64,000 nt of DNA from Phoronis australis. Its lineage: Eukaryota > Animalia > Phoronida. Shown piece by piece: positions 51,021 to 63,458 of this stretch. The notes below the pieces were generated by a model. It was not told the origin of the DNA, did no database searches, and worked only from the letters and a program-made list of their open reading frames with translations. The stretch covers positions 158,089 through 222,088 of the forward strand of contig NMRA01000614.1 of assembly GCA_002633005.1 (NCBI GenBank), in the 5' to 3' direction. Each line of letters opens with the position of its first letter. Positions within the stretch are counted from its first letter, which is position 1. The translations under genes and the position numbers were made by a program.

Positions 51021-51404
51021 GGAGTGCGATTTTAAACGGGAAGAGAAAAAGACGTGATTTTTTGCATGTGGATTCTTTGAAGAATAGTCTTTCAAATGGC
51101 CTGTAACAATTTTTTTCTCAGACTTACCGTTTTCGAGTTATTTGACTTTGAATTTCCTAAAAAAACGCAAAATTTCATTTTTTTCAAAAAATTTACGGAA
51201 TTAGGTGATACCATCAGTTTAGATAGAATTTTGAACGGGCTTTCAGAAGATGTTTTCCATTTTTCGCTAGGACGCCTACTTTTCGAGTTATTTGAGATTT
51301 TCCGATAACGCTGTTCCTTTGTTGAGCGCCCTTGCTGCATTGATGTTGGTTTATCTTCTATTGAACTAGACTGTAGCCTATTTCTTATTGATTTATGACA
51401 TCTA

Positions 51405-51690
51405 AGTTCGTCATATGAGTGTTGTGATGTTGTTCATCATCGCCACCACCATCATCATATTCGTCATCATCGTCATCATCTTCGTCGTCATCTCCGTCGT
51501 ATTTTTCGTTAATTTCACCAAGTGTCGCTCAAGACTTTAGCCTTTTTCTTACTGATTTCGGACTTCAACATTCGTCATGTATATGTTATTATTACTTTTG
51601 TTCATCCTCGCCACCATCGTCGTCATATTCGTCATCTTCGTCATCATCTTTATCGTCATCTTTTTGGTTAATTTCGTCAAGTTTCGCTCC
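51405..51690. repeat. Duplicated (CAT/CGT)n-rich low-complexity block
   Basis: Two diverged copies about 170 bp apart, each tgttcatc.tcgccacca...tcgtcatc...gttaatttc..caagt.tcgctc. Confidence 0.7.
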
Positions 51691-51871
51691 TCGGAGCGCT
51701 TTCATATTTTAATTGACTAGATGAGTAGTGGTAATTGATGAACTGAAGGATAGTGTTTCATGATCATTTAAGGTTGCCTACTGCGAAAAGTTGTTGCAGA
51801 TTTTGGGTATAGTTGTTTGCAGAATTTTGGTTATTGATTTCGATGGCCATTGGTTGATATTTTTGGTGCAG

Positions 51872-51982
51872 GAGACCGAATTAGATGTTTACGAAAAATA
51901 CGTGGAAGATATTCTCAAGCCACACGGTCGAGAGCGACTGAACGTTTTACTACAGAGGGATGACGTCAAAGAACTGTTTCAG
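51872..51982 (+). CDS. SOS1: SOS exon 7, DH domain
   Basis: ETELDVYEKYVEDILKP...ELFQ; gcAG/GTttgt. Confidence 0.92.
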
Positions 51983-52513
51983 GTTTGTTGATCAATTTCA
52001 GCACGGTGATGGCTTTGTTTGTCGGTAGGGTCCATACTTTTGCCAGTTCACTGTGCATCGTTGTTTCTGTAGTAGTAAAGACAGTAAAATGAGCCTCTAT
52101 TTCAATAAATACAGTTTCCTGTTAAATTAAAATTTTCCAGCCACCTCCCAACTTTTGAAATTAGTGCTATTTATGTTTGACATAGAGTTTTAATGATCAC
52201 CATGTTGCGTCTGACAACATTAATATCAGAAGTGTCATCTCAGGACCTTAGGATGAATGATTCCAATTTAAATACGATCCCTTTTGTTCTGTGTTGAACC
52301 AGTTTGTTCATTTTGTTTTGCAGAATTAATCATTTCGTGCTCTCAGTTATTTATGTGGACAAGAGACACATCCTTGTTGACACAAAGTTTTTCTCTGAGT
52401 ATATGCTGTTAGGAAGTACTGACAAAGTTGTGGTATAATTTCTTGTCTCTCTTCCTGGTGTGTTTGAGAGATGTGTCAATAATTTCCTCTTTTCTGTTCT
52501 TTTCTTTCCAAAG

Positions 52514-52609
52514 GAGAGTCAAGGCTACCTAGAAGCTGTAAAGTACGTCTTACCAAAGTTACTCTTGGGCCCTATCTACCATTGTCTTCACTATTTCGAC
52601 GTTATACGG
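52514..52609 (+). CDS. SOS1: SOS exon 8, DH domain
   Basis: [32 protein letters not shown]; aAG/GTaagc. Confidence 0.93.
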
Positions 52610-55600
52610 GTAAGCCAAGACAGTAATCAAAATTTACTAAGATTTCTTTGATGACAGTCAGCAAAAGACACGATCAATAATGTGGTACAAATTTCCTACT
52701 GCGGATTTTTGTAGTTGAAGATTTTGACAAAATATAATATTTCACCGTGCGTGTGCATAAAACAAGAGATGGATAATTACTGTACCGTGCATTGTGAATT
52801 TCTAAAGCTGATTTGCTGCAACGAAAATTCAATTAGACAGCCCCAGGTAATGGAAAGTTCATGACTGGTGCCTAACTGTTAATAAGAGTTAATTAGTGCC
52901 CATCATGTCAATTTACTTTGTTCTCCTAATTAAGGTGCCGTTAACAAAATTGATATCTAATATGCCTTTGTTGCTGATTAGTTAAAAAGGTGTTGCTAAC
53001 TTGGCTGACTTGTTTTTCATTTCTGCTTGACCATTCCAACTTATTGGCAAAATTCTTTCGCCAAGTACGTTGCTCTGACATCAATTTTTTGGGTTTTTAT
53101 GTGGTCAATAGGTCGCATTTTTCTGTTGATGCAAACATAATTCACACTCAACCTCTAGCTCCGGAATAGCTAGAAGCCTATTGTTTTTGGTCATGATCAC
53201 ATTCAAGATGGCGGATGTGGTGGCCATTTTGTTTTCGAATTCAGATTCAAATTCTTATAGCAGTCGATATTTTTTGACGGCTGAAAATCTGTACAATTAT
53301 TATAGCAGACATGTACTACACGTGCTGTAAATCATTAATTTCTGGTCAAAGATGGTGAAAATATCGGTCATTGCGTTTGGGCCCCTCAATTTCTGAACAA
53401 AAACGTTTTATCTTAGAGAGGGCGCATTGTAGTACCAATTGCTTCAAAAATTTTCATGTGTTAGTTTGCAGTCAGTAGCTATTATTGAGTCTGCTTTAAC
53501 GAAAGTTGTTTTCAATATGGTGGATCTGACGCATTTTCATCACTTTTCAGTCATGAAATTTTGGCAGGCATGTGTTCATTGATTGCCTTATCACTAACTT
53601 CAACATTGATTTACTCGTTGAGTTCGATAAAGACCCATGTAGTGTTGTTGTCTTTGAAAACCATGGCTTAACGTTGTGTTTTTTGGTAGAACCCTTTTTT
53701 TTTTAAGATTGCCTAATTACACACTATAACACCATTCAAAATTTTGGCTTCAACTAATTAGTGCTGTAAGGGGCTTTGAGGCTTGAGTACCCTGTTGCAT
53801 GAAACAGTCCCAAATAGGCACTCAACTATGTTCGTATTTTTTCACCGTAGTTGTGGACTTAAGCTTACACTAATGCTAAGTTGTCTTCATTATGTACAGC
53901 AAAACTTCCTCGAATTCGAACGAAAACAATGGCCAAAATTGTCATGTTTCCATTTTTCGAACTCTCATTGTATTGCCAAAAATATTAAAATTTTCATTGT
54001 GTGTTTGTTGATGAAGGTTATACTATGTGGTTTTCAACTAAGCAAGAATAAATCTCTTCTTGTTTACGCTTATTTAAAACTTTGATGAAATAAAGTTTTG
54101 CTGTTCTGCCGTATTGTGTTCTAATTTAAAGAAACTTTAACGTCGTCATTCTTTAGCTTTGATAGGCACCAACTGTAAACTCTATATCAAGTTCTCAACA
54201 TTATTGAACCTTTTCATGCAACGCCTCTCGCGTTAAACCTAGGTATCTATTAATTCTAGTTGCGCATGTATTCAAGGGAGTGAATGAGAACTTGGACATA
54301 ATGCGAAAGTGATTTCTGGGAGTATGCTTATATTTAAAAAAGAAAAAGAATTTTAGTTTTGTTAAAATAAGGGCTCAGTTTCCAGCCATGTTACATTAAA
54401 TGCCATAAATAAAAGAGGAGGTCACAATCAAGATTATGTAATAAAACAATGTGTAATTGGAGAGTAAACCCAGACAAGCGTGTGAAATATTTGAGAATTC
54501 ATTTGAGTTTCTGTTTGGAACTGTTTCATGCAACTGGCCACAGGAATCTTAAATACATTTAAGGAAAGCTTGCAAAACGAGAAATACTGCCTTGTAGTCT
54601 CACACGCGCCATAAAATGGTGAAATTCTGGAAACTAAGAGGTATTGTGAAAACGCCAATGTTATCATCCCTAGTCTTAATGATTGTATTTTAAATGAATA
54701 ATTATTACAATATTGCACAAAGTACTTTGTAATCCGTGTTTAATACTGTGCACCAGTAACTTGAGATACGTCCATGTTTCAAGAGCTGTAGCTGATTTAT
54801 CGTCTCGGTGCACTAATTTGTCTCTTCCGAGTAAGATGGGGACTAGTTTCAAGAAAGATGTACTTTTACAGAGAACTAAGAATTAAGTCTGCGAGCGGTC
54901 TTGATAGCAATAACTAACGCGACGGGTAATTAAATCCGCTACCTCGTGGCTTTGTGTCTAGGGCTTTAAAGGCAAGAGCTAACAATGTTTTAGGTGTAAT
55001 TGCTACTAAAAATACGAATTACTAGTTATCTTGAACATATAGAATAATTGGAGGAGTAATTGTCTCGTGTGCAGTCCATGTCATCAATCATTGGTTAACT
55101 CAAGAGGTTCGCAGACTGACTTCAATCGAACATTTATAGTTTACACATAAATCGTAATTGGCTACTTACGTTCCCAAGGATCAAATTTCTTAATGCTTTA
55201 ATTATTAATTGGAGACCCAGAACTTTTTTAAAATCATCGATTATCACAGAATTATATGCACTCAAAATAATGCCCAGAAATTTATGAAATTAATATGTAA
55301 CTATTCATAAGCTGAAAAATCTTGATTTTCATGGAGGTCACCATAATTTCCGTACTCTGTTTTTTCTCATTAAACTTGCAAATTCTGTTTGTTTCTACTG
55401 TTAGGTGCAAAAGCTGATCTCGCATTTTTTGAGGCCTTTAATCTGAGTAGTGCGCTGTCAAAAATGCAAGTTGTCAATATTCTTTGAAAAAGTCAAAAGT
55501 CTTGATTGTTGACAGACTGGCTGCCAGGCTAAAAGTCCTTGAAAGAAAATCGCAGACACTTTATTTGTAGCTGATAGAATTACCGAACAGAATTAATTTT

Positions 55601-55789
55601 GCAGATTTCGTCGAAAAATGATGTTTTTAATTGCAAGCCTGTGATTATTACCATCTCGCCCTTGCTTCTATGTGCATAATGAGATTCTATAATCATCAAG
55701 TATTGTAAGTTTAAGACTAATTAGCTTTATTGGTGTACTATTAAAAATTACTTGGTAACGAAGCTAGCTTATTACCACAAGTCATTTGA

Positions 55790-57783
55790 TTATACAATTC
55801 TGGTCATTGCAACATTATACTATTCTGGGTACTGCAACCAGTATGTAGATCATTGCAACATGCAATTCTGGGCCCTGCACCAGTATGTAGATCATTGCAA
55901 CATTATGCAATTCTGGGCACTGCGACCAGTATGTAGATCATTGCAACATTATACAATTCTGGGCACTGCACCAGTATATAGATCATTGCAACATTGTACA
56001 ATTCTGGGCACTGCGACCAGTATGTAGATCATTGCAACATTATACAATTCTGGCACTGCACCAGTATGTAGATCATTGCAACATTATACAATTCTGGGCA
56101 CTGCGACCAGTGTGTAGAACATTTCAACATTATACAAGTCTGCACTGCACCAGTGTGTAGAACATTTCAACATTATACAAGTCTGTGCACTGCACAAGTA
56201 TGTAGATCATTGCAACATTACACAATTCTGGGCACTGCACCAGTATGTAGATCATTGCAACATTATACAATAGTCCTTTTGCGAGTTTATGACAATAACG
56301 CGAGATTATGTGAGACTTAACTGTGACGTCACGGGAAGTGGGGCAAAAGCTTGTCGTTTGGCCATTTGCCCAATATGGTAGCAGAGTGTATTCTGTTATT
56401 TTCTTCAAGTTTTTAGCCGTTAAGTTCGAAAAATGCCAAACAAGAATTGCTGTTATGGCAAATGAAATTCAGATTCGCACTACAATACGTTCTATCGCGT
56501 TCTATAGTAATTTCGTTCCGTGTATTCTAAACGGGAGGTAGGCGAAATCTGCTCACTGATTAAGTTTTCACCTCGGCAAAAATACATTCTACACCTAAAA
56601 GTGTCACCTAAAAAGGCGCTTACTTTCTTCAGTGATCCTCTCTGCTCCTAAACATATTTTCGATGAAGCATCGCTACGGGAAATTCAGGTGACTTTGGCA
56701 AAGAATTCCAACTCCACTTTGTGGTTACTGTTAACTTTGACCGCGCGCACGATAACCACTAAGTATTTCAACTGATTCAGGTGAGTATGAGGCAAAGGCT
56801 AGCGCGAAACTGAGCGAAGCGCAAGACCTGGCACGTGACACTTGCAAAGTAGCATGAGAAAATATCAAGTGAACTTTGTAAAATTTGTGTCCCTTGGACT
56901 TTTTGTTCGTCAACAGGCGTGATTTCACGTCACTTCTTCAAAATGGCACCCAGTGAGAGAAACTCGAGCGAATCGCGAGGTTTTCATGGATATGTTCAAG
57001 TTATTTGTAGACCAAATTGTATCCAGAGTCAGGGTATGTGTAAATTATAACTCCATGTCCACATATGCGTGTTTCATTTGATTTCATTTGCTGTATTATG
57101 AAGTGAGTAACTTTTTATGGGGATACACTATCGCCCCTGTATGCCTGCGGCATTCAGGCCTAGACCGGGTTGAGTTCCAATTTCAGTCCGTTCACAGCTT
57201 CGCATAACATAACAAGTTCACATTTTCTTTGTCCATTCACAGTTATTCCAAAATACATCTACCATCTCTTAAGTTGTGTTAACATTTTAGGTGTAAAATT
57301 CACCATAAGAACTCCAGTAAGATTTAGCGTGTGTAGCAAAGACTCGGGGCAAAACAAGAGCAATATGGCCGGTTTTGCCCCTTTTGCGGTGACGTCACTT
57401 TGACTAACGTGAAACTCGCAAGAGAGCTATTCTGGGCACTGCACCAGTATGTAGATCATTTCAACATTATACAGTTCTGGGCACAGCACCAGTATGTAGA
57501 TCATTGCAACATTACACAATTCTGGGCACTGCACCAGTATGTAGATCATTGCAACATTACACAATTCTGGGCTCTGCACCAGTATGTAGATCAATGCAAC
57601 ATTATACAATTATGTGCACTGCACAAGTATGTAGATCATTGCATCATTATACAATTCTGGGCACTGCACCAGTATGTAGATCATTGCAACATTACACAAT
57701 TCTGGGCACTGCACCAGTATGTCGATCATTGCAACATTACACAATTCTGGGCTCTGCACCAGTATGTAGATCAATGCAACATT
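55790..57783. repeat. 45-bp minisatellite (tctgggcactgcaccagtatgtagatcattgcaacattayacaat) in two blocks, 55790-56271 and 57429-57783
   Basis: Tandem copies on both sides of the 56272-57428 insertion. Confidence 0.93.
56272..57428. mobile_element. 1157-bp non-autonomous DNA transposon inserted in a minisatellite, apparent AT TSD
   Basis: agtccttttgcgagttt / aaactcgcaagagagct ends with internal gtgacgtcac...ggggcaaaa mirrors; splits one repeat unit at acaAT|ATtct. Confidence 0.75.
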
Positions 57784-57822
57784 AGCTGTATCATAATGAA
57801 AGTCGTCTCCTATTGTCTACAG

Positions 57823-57950
57823 GTGCTATCGGATGCCAGTCCTGATGAGGAGGACCGGGAAAGTTTTGAGCAGGCTGAGGGAATGTTGAGTCGACTCAAA
57901 ATTGAGCTAGAGGCCAGCATAGGCAATGCCATACCTCGTCAACAATCCAG
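57823..57950 (+). CDS. SOS1: SOS exon 9, DH domain end
   Basis: VLSDASPDEEDRESFEQAEGML...; acAG/GTacag, ends phase 2. Confidence 0.9.
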
Positions 57951-58724
57951 GTACAGGGTGCGCTGCTATGTTTGTGAGCTAGCTCAGCCAGTTGAGGGAC
58001 ATTTAGCTGATGCTGGCTCGGTAAAATGTGGTATGCTGAGCTAGGTATATTCGATGACTACGGGCTTGATCATATAACTTGAACAGTAAAATGAGTGAAC
58101 ATCGGATTTTTGCATCAAGAAAAACGAGATTTCTTGTTTTCCAAAAATATTTGACCAATACGTTGATCGCAACTAATCTACGCAGGAGGCAATTAAATTT
58201 AGGTTGCAAGTTTTGATTATTTGTGTCTCTTAATCAGTTGAATGTGTGAAGTATCTTGGAAGCTGAATGTCGGGATTTCAAACATGCATAGCAACGCTCG
58301 ATTACATGACAGTAGCACATTAAACGAATGCTGTCATGGATAAGTATTTTTAAAACCAACATGTGGGACTCTGACTTCCAGTACTTTTTGTCACAATTTT
58401 TGTTCAGTGTTCACTTTCTTCATGTCTGTTTGAATATGTAAGAGTTCATCAATTTAAAGTTTTTATTTAACTCAATAATTTTCAGCCAAGTACGGATAAC
58501 TTCCACCCACCGTCTCCAAATCAACTTTAGTGTGACATGTGAGCAAATTAACTCTAACAAAGTGTATCTTCTGATATAGGTCATGCGTCGTAGCTCCAAT
58601 TCCCACCCAACAAAGTTAACCTAGATTTAAGCCACGGTCCAATTTCTTCTGGACCCAGAATCTAATCAACCAGCAGAACCACTGCTTGAAATGTGTTGTT
58701 ATCTCCCTTGCCGTTCTGTTGTAG

Positions 58725-58855
58725 TGAGGCTGGTCTGCGTTATCACGGTCAAGTGAACCGTCAAGTGGCCAGGCAGAAGATGAATGAGATACAAAAGTCC
58801 ATCGACGGATGGGAGGGCCGGGACATTGGGCAGGCGTGTAACGAGTTCCTTATGG
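58725..58855 (+). CDS. SOS1: SOS exon 10, DH-PH linker
   Basis: [26 protein letters not shown]; phase 2 to 1. Confidence 0.95.
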
Positions 58856-60029
58856 GTGAGTGTCTGAGTGGTATGTGTAATACATTGAGTAGGCGGGTAC
58901 TGTGGTTCTGCATGAGTGTCATGTTGTATTTCTATTGATTACACTACCATATTCATTCAAGTTAATTAATGCCCCTGTCCAAACGCATACATCTCCTAAA
59001 TTTTAAACATCCGTGCTCGGTTTTACACCCACACTCCCTTTATTTAGTCGAGGCGTATGGTTCCTTATAACACAATATTTTCATGTATGCTCATGCAGGT
59101 TGAGATTCGCTTGTCTTTTACTCAAAAGCAGCACATTCTCTGCAGTCCGCAGGATTTTTAAAATTTTATTCTTGATTGTGAATTGCCCTACTTAAATGCA
59201 AATCCCCGGTCGTTAACCAAAAAAGGCAGTGCGGGTAAGCATCCAACTATATCTTTTCAGAAGTATTGCTTCTTAACACCAATACCTTGCTTAATACCCA
59301 CCTCCTGATATTTGAAATTTTCAAATCAAATGCCCTGGGCATTAAATTAGATGTTTTCGGTAGATATTTGTGCCAACCATCGACGTTGTCCCGAAATGAA
59401 TTTTTAAGAATGTCTCAGGCTCACAATTCTAGCTTTTGAGTTTTGCTTAAAGAATTCTCAGCAATGTTTGAAAAATCTTGAGTTGGTTTGATAACCTTGA
59501 ACAAGGGTACTTCTGATCTACATTCAGTAGAAGAAGTAATGTTGCATATTAATCCTAACTCGTCTGTCTATTCTTTTGTTGCTAGTTTGTCTTTGTGGCA
59601 TGCGCAGTAATAATGTGTAGATATTATGTTCCTAATATCTTGAAAGTGGAATTTTCATACCATCGCAGATAGGACGTCTGATTATAAAGATCAGATACTC
59701 TAAACAAAAGCTGTCAAAGGCATCCTACTTGCAGTCTCACAAGTAATTAGCAGGAATTTAATGCGCAAAATGCTAATATTTGGGCCAATCACATCTGATC
59801 ATCTTTGGCGAGCAGAGTAACAACAAATCAGACCATTGGAATGTAGGCTTCTAACGGTAATTAGAATAGTCTACTGTCTCATCTGATGTGGGTTCGGATG
59901 ACAAGAAGGCAGGTTCACTCCTGAATTTTTTGGATCAGGGCCCAAGGTATAATCTCCAAACTCTGACTCGCAGCATCCCGTGCAATTGCTCATTTTTTAG
60001 TTTCAATATCCGATCTACCTTCTGATCAG

Positions 60030-60231
60030 ATGGTATTTGAACACTGTATAAGGCTTATTATCCCACAAAAGCACACTGCACAGGTTTAGCCATGATTGTA
60101 TCTAAACCCTGTATAAGGCTTATTATCCCACAAAAGCACATTGCACAGGTTTACCCCTGGTGGTATCTAAATGCTGTATAAGGCTTATTATCCCACAAAA
60201 GCACACTACACAGGTTTAGCCCTAATGGTAT
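60030..60231. repeat. 65-bp tandem repeat, 3 copies
   Basis: ctgtataaggcttattatcccacaaaagcaca at 60044, 60109, 60174. Confidence 0.92.
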
Positions 60232-60473
60232 TTTTGCCCTGCTGGTTGTTGAACCTTGTATGTACACTTACTTATGTACCTTACGTAGTATTTCAAATGT
60301 AAATGGGTTGAAGTGGAATTGTGTAAAGACACAAAATCATTGTTGCTTTCCTCATCGCTTGAGAGACGCTTCTTTGTAATTGTTCAAAAGTGTAGATTTG
60401 CAGAATTTCTTGAAAGTTTGTTTTCACTTCATTGTTTAACTGGTTGTAAGCCTCAATTATTTTCTCCCGTCAG

Positions 60474-60626
60474 AGGGTACGCTGTGGAAAGTTCAAGGTC
60501 GTAAGGGAACGGAGCGCCACCTGTTCCTGTTTGACGGTATGCTGGTCTCGTGCAAACCAAACCTCAAGTTCAAAGAAAAGTACTACACGCGTAAAATGGA
60601 AATTGTCGATCGTGAGGACACTGACG
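60474..60626 (+). CDS. SOS1: SOS exon 11, PH domain (gene continues beyond window)
   Basis: [51 protein letters not shown]; cAG/GTaact. Confidence 0.93.
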
Positions 60627-60753
60627 GTAACTTCCGTAGTCACTCCACGCTAGTTCATTTCATCTCTAGTGCTTGTTAGGAAATTCTCACACACAAATGT
60701 CTTAAAATCCAAGTCAAGTGCTTTTCAACATTATTGCTAACAACTTTCCATTG

Positions 60754-61117
60754 TTAAAAGGATACTAAACCCGATTTTGGCCTGTTAACCTATTAACAAT
60801 TACTTTCTCCATACAAATCTCAAAAACAAAATAATGTTTTGTAACCCTCGTCAAACCTCAAGAGTTTGTAGCAACTGTGAAAACTTCGTACAAAGTCTGC
60901 TAAAAGGCTAGCGTGGCCTACACTAAAGGCGAGTTACGCAACAGTTGGGGGAAAGACCACCCGCTAAGAACCATAATATCCATGGTGTGAAGCAGTGATT
61001 TTGTGGTGTTAGTTGAATCCTGCTTTTATCACTCAAGTTTCGTGCCGGTGATGTATTTACAGGTAACAGAACGAGGATTGGTTGAACTCACCAAAACCCT
61101 ATTTAGTATCCTCTTAA
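60754..61117 (+). mobile_element. TTAA-flanked MITE (Kolobok-like)
   Basis: ttaaaaggatactaaacccgattttgg...tttagtatcctcttaa. Confidence 0.75.
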
Positions 61118-61803
61118 CGTGAGCTTGTTTTTACCCTATTTGCTGGATGACTTGTGTTCAGACACTAAGTTTTTTCACTCTGCCTTATCACACAATTTTC
61201 ATTGCGTGCAGAAAGACCTTGACAGGGCTGCAGTAGGTTTCATTAACTGGATGGTAAAAGGCTGGAATAAAGTTATAACAAAAGGTCAAATTTCAAAAAG
61301 AACAAATATGTAGTTCTCTCCGGTTTCCTGTCACGTAACTCTCATTTTGTTAATTGCTTAATTATCTTGTATGCTTTCCAGTCGTACTTCCTTGGTAAAC
61401 AGGAACTTGTCTCTATTATTTAAATGAGCTGACATGAACTTGCCCTGTTGTGTCGCCAGGTTAATTGTTGATTGATTGTTTTTGCAAAAGCATTGCGGTG
61501 TCTGTTGCAAGAGGAAACATCATAAGTCGAGCAAGTTAATGTCTCAATCTTTCTATTTCTAAGAGGAAGTTCACTGTGGTTTCACAGAATCATTAAATGT
61601 ATCGTACTGGACAGTTATCACTCATAGTCAGACATAATGTTTCCAAAATAGTAATTAGTAGATCTTGGACCATCCCAGTATTGATGGAGTAAGATGAAGC
61701 GTAACTGTTTTCTCTTAGCTATGACTCCTCTAACATCAACTTAGTTCAAAGGACACACAAGCCCGTCTTGATAAACAGAACGGGGCAGTGCAATTTTAGC
61801 TTA

Positions 61804-63234
61804 GGGCTGTTCCAGTAAAATCTGTATGGGAGGGGGGGAAGGCACCTTTTTTTCGCACCCACCACCCATATTTTTCATTTAGGGCTGTTCCAGCAAAATC
61901 TGTATGGGAGGGGGGGAAGGCACTTTTATTTCGTACCCACCGCCCATATTTTTCATTTATTTCTCCAGCCCATGACCCATAATTTTTTAATTATTTTTAA
62001 TAGGTTAAAATATATAATCCAACACTTGCAAACAAATTGCCTCCAGGAGGACCTGTTAAGAACTTAGGTGACTGACAGACAAGAACTAGTTGTCTTGTCC
62101 AATATTGTCAAAACTAAAGTAGCCTGTGAGCAATACTTTTGGCAGCCACCAGGTGTCTCTGTTCACCATGTGTCTATAATTTCAATGAACATTTTTTCAA
62201 TTATAAGGATCTATGAATCTCAAACTGTCTCCATGAACTCTTTTATACTTCTATGTCAAGTGAATATTGGAACTTGTTGATCTTACTCCTCATACTTTTT
62301 ATTTAAAAATCATCAATTTTCTTATATGTGTTAACTCCAGTTTAGTGTTGCATAACTTTTCAATTCAATAGGACTGCAGACAAACAGTTGGTCTCAAATT
62401 AAGTTGCCCATGACTTGATTAATGGCTTAGTGAACATATTGCACTCTGTTCACTGGCAATATGGGCTTTTTTGTATTGGGATAAGTTAGGATATATGCCA
62501 ATTGCATTGTTTTTGTCAACATTAACAGGTCAAAAAATACCACCCATTTTTAATGCACCACTTCTTACAGGAATGACCACCCATAATTTGAGTTTTTTTC
62601 TAAAGACCACCACCCATGAATTTTTATTTCTATTTCTACTGCCGTCTCTCCCCCCCCTCCCACACGGATTTTACTGGAACAGCCCTTACTTCTTCAGCCT
62701 AGTCCCCCCCTCCACACGGATTTTACTGAACAGCCCTTACTTCTTCAGCCTACCACCCGTAATTTTTTATAAGTTTGAAATGCAACCACCCGTAATTTTT
62801 TTTTGTTGTTGTGGTTGACTGCACAGGCGCTTGAGTTTGTCTGTTCCTCCATCACCATTAACAAAGTCATTCATTACTAAGAAAACATGTGTTTCTTATA
62901 TATGGTGATTAGTCATCGAGAAATTCGAGCACCTGTGGTTAAATGGTGTTATGGGCATGCCAATGAGCAGATCGGAGGGAGTGAAAAAGTCGGAGCTTTT
63001 TGCTAGTTGCATTTTTGTTTCAGTTTTTGATTCTGTGTGGATTGTTTATAAAATTTACTAAAATTACCTACCATCAAACATTTATGGCCCAATGAAACAA
63101 CAACGACCTGTAAATTTTTATTTTTTTGAAGTACGACCACCAGCCATTTTGAATTTAAATCAAACGCAACCACTCATAAATTTTTATTTCAGTTGCCTTC
63201 CCCCCCTCCCACACATATTTTGCTGGAACAGCCC
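61804..63234 (+). mobile_element. Tourist/PIF-Harbinger-like MITE with a related element nested at 61882-62685
   Basis: gggctgttccag TIRs; TTA TSDs at 61801/63235 and 61879/62686. Confidence 0.85.
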
Positions 63235-63458
63235 TTAGATTGTGGCTTGTGTGTGACACCGTCCGCATAGCTTGTACTCCGATATTACAATGCTTTGTTG
63301 GTTGCTACTAACTTTTCTCCATGTTCAAGAGAACACTGAGAACTACTGAAACCGATTATTTAATGACAGGTTGTCTGTTCATAATATTAACATATAAAGA
63401 TATACACTCGAATTGATTTTAAGTCTTATTTCATCCCCTGGTCCCCAGATTTTTGTTA

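Noticed and set aside
57400-57822. 15-aa repeat ORF (FWALHQYVDHCNITQ)n in frame with SOS exon 9
   Set aside because: A 45-bp minisatellite that happens to be stop-free in one frame; SOS homology starts at the AG acceptor at 57821-57822 and the left block of the array has frameshifting indels
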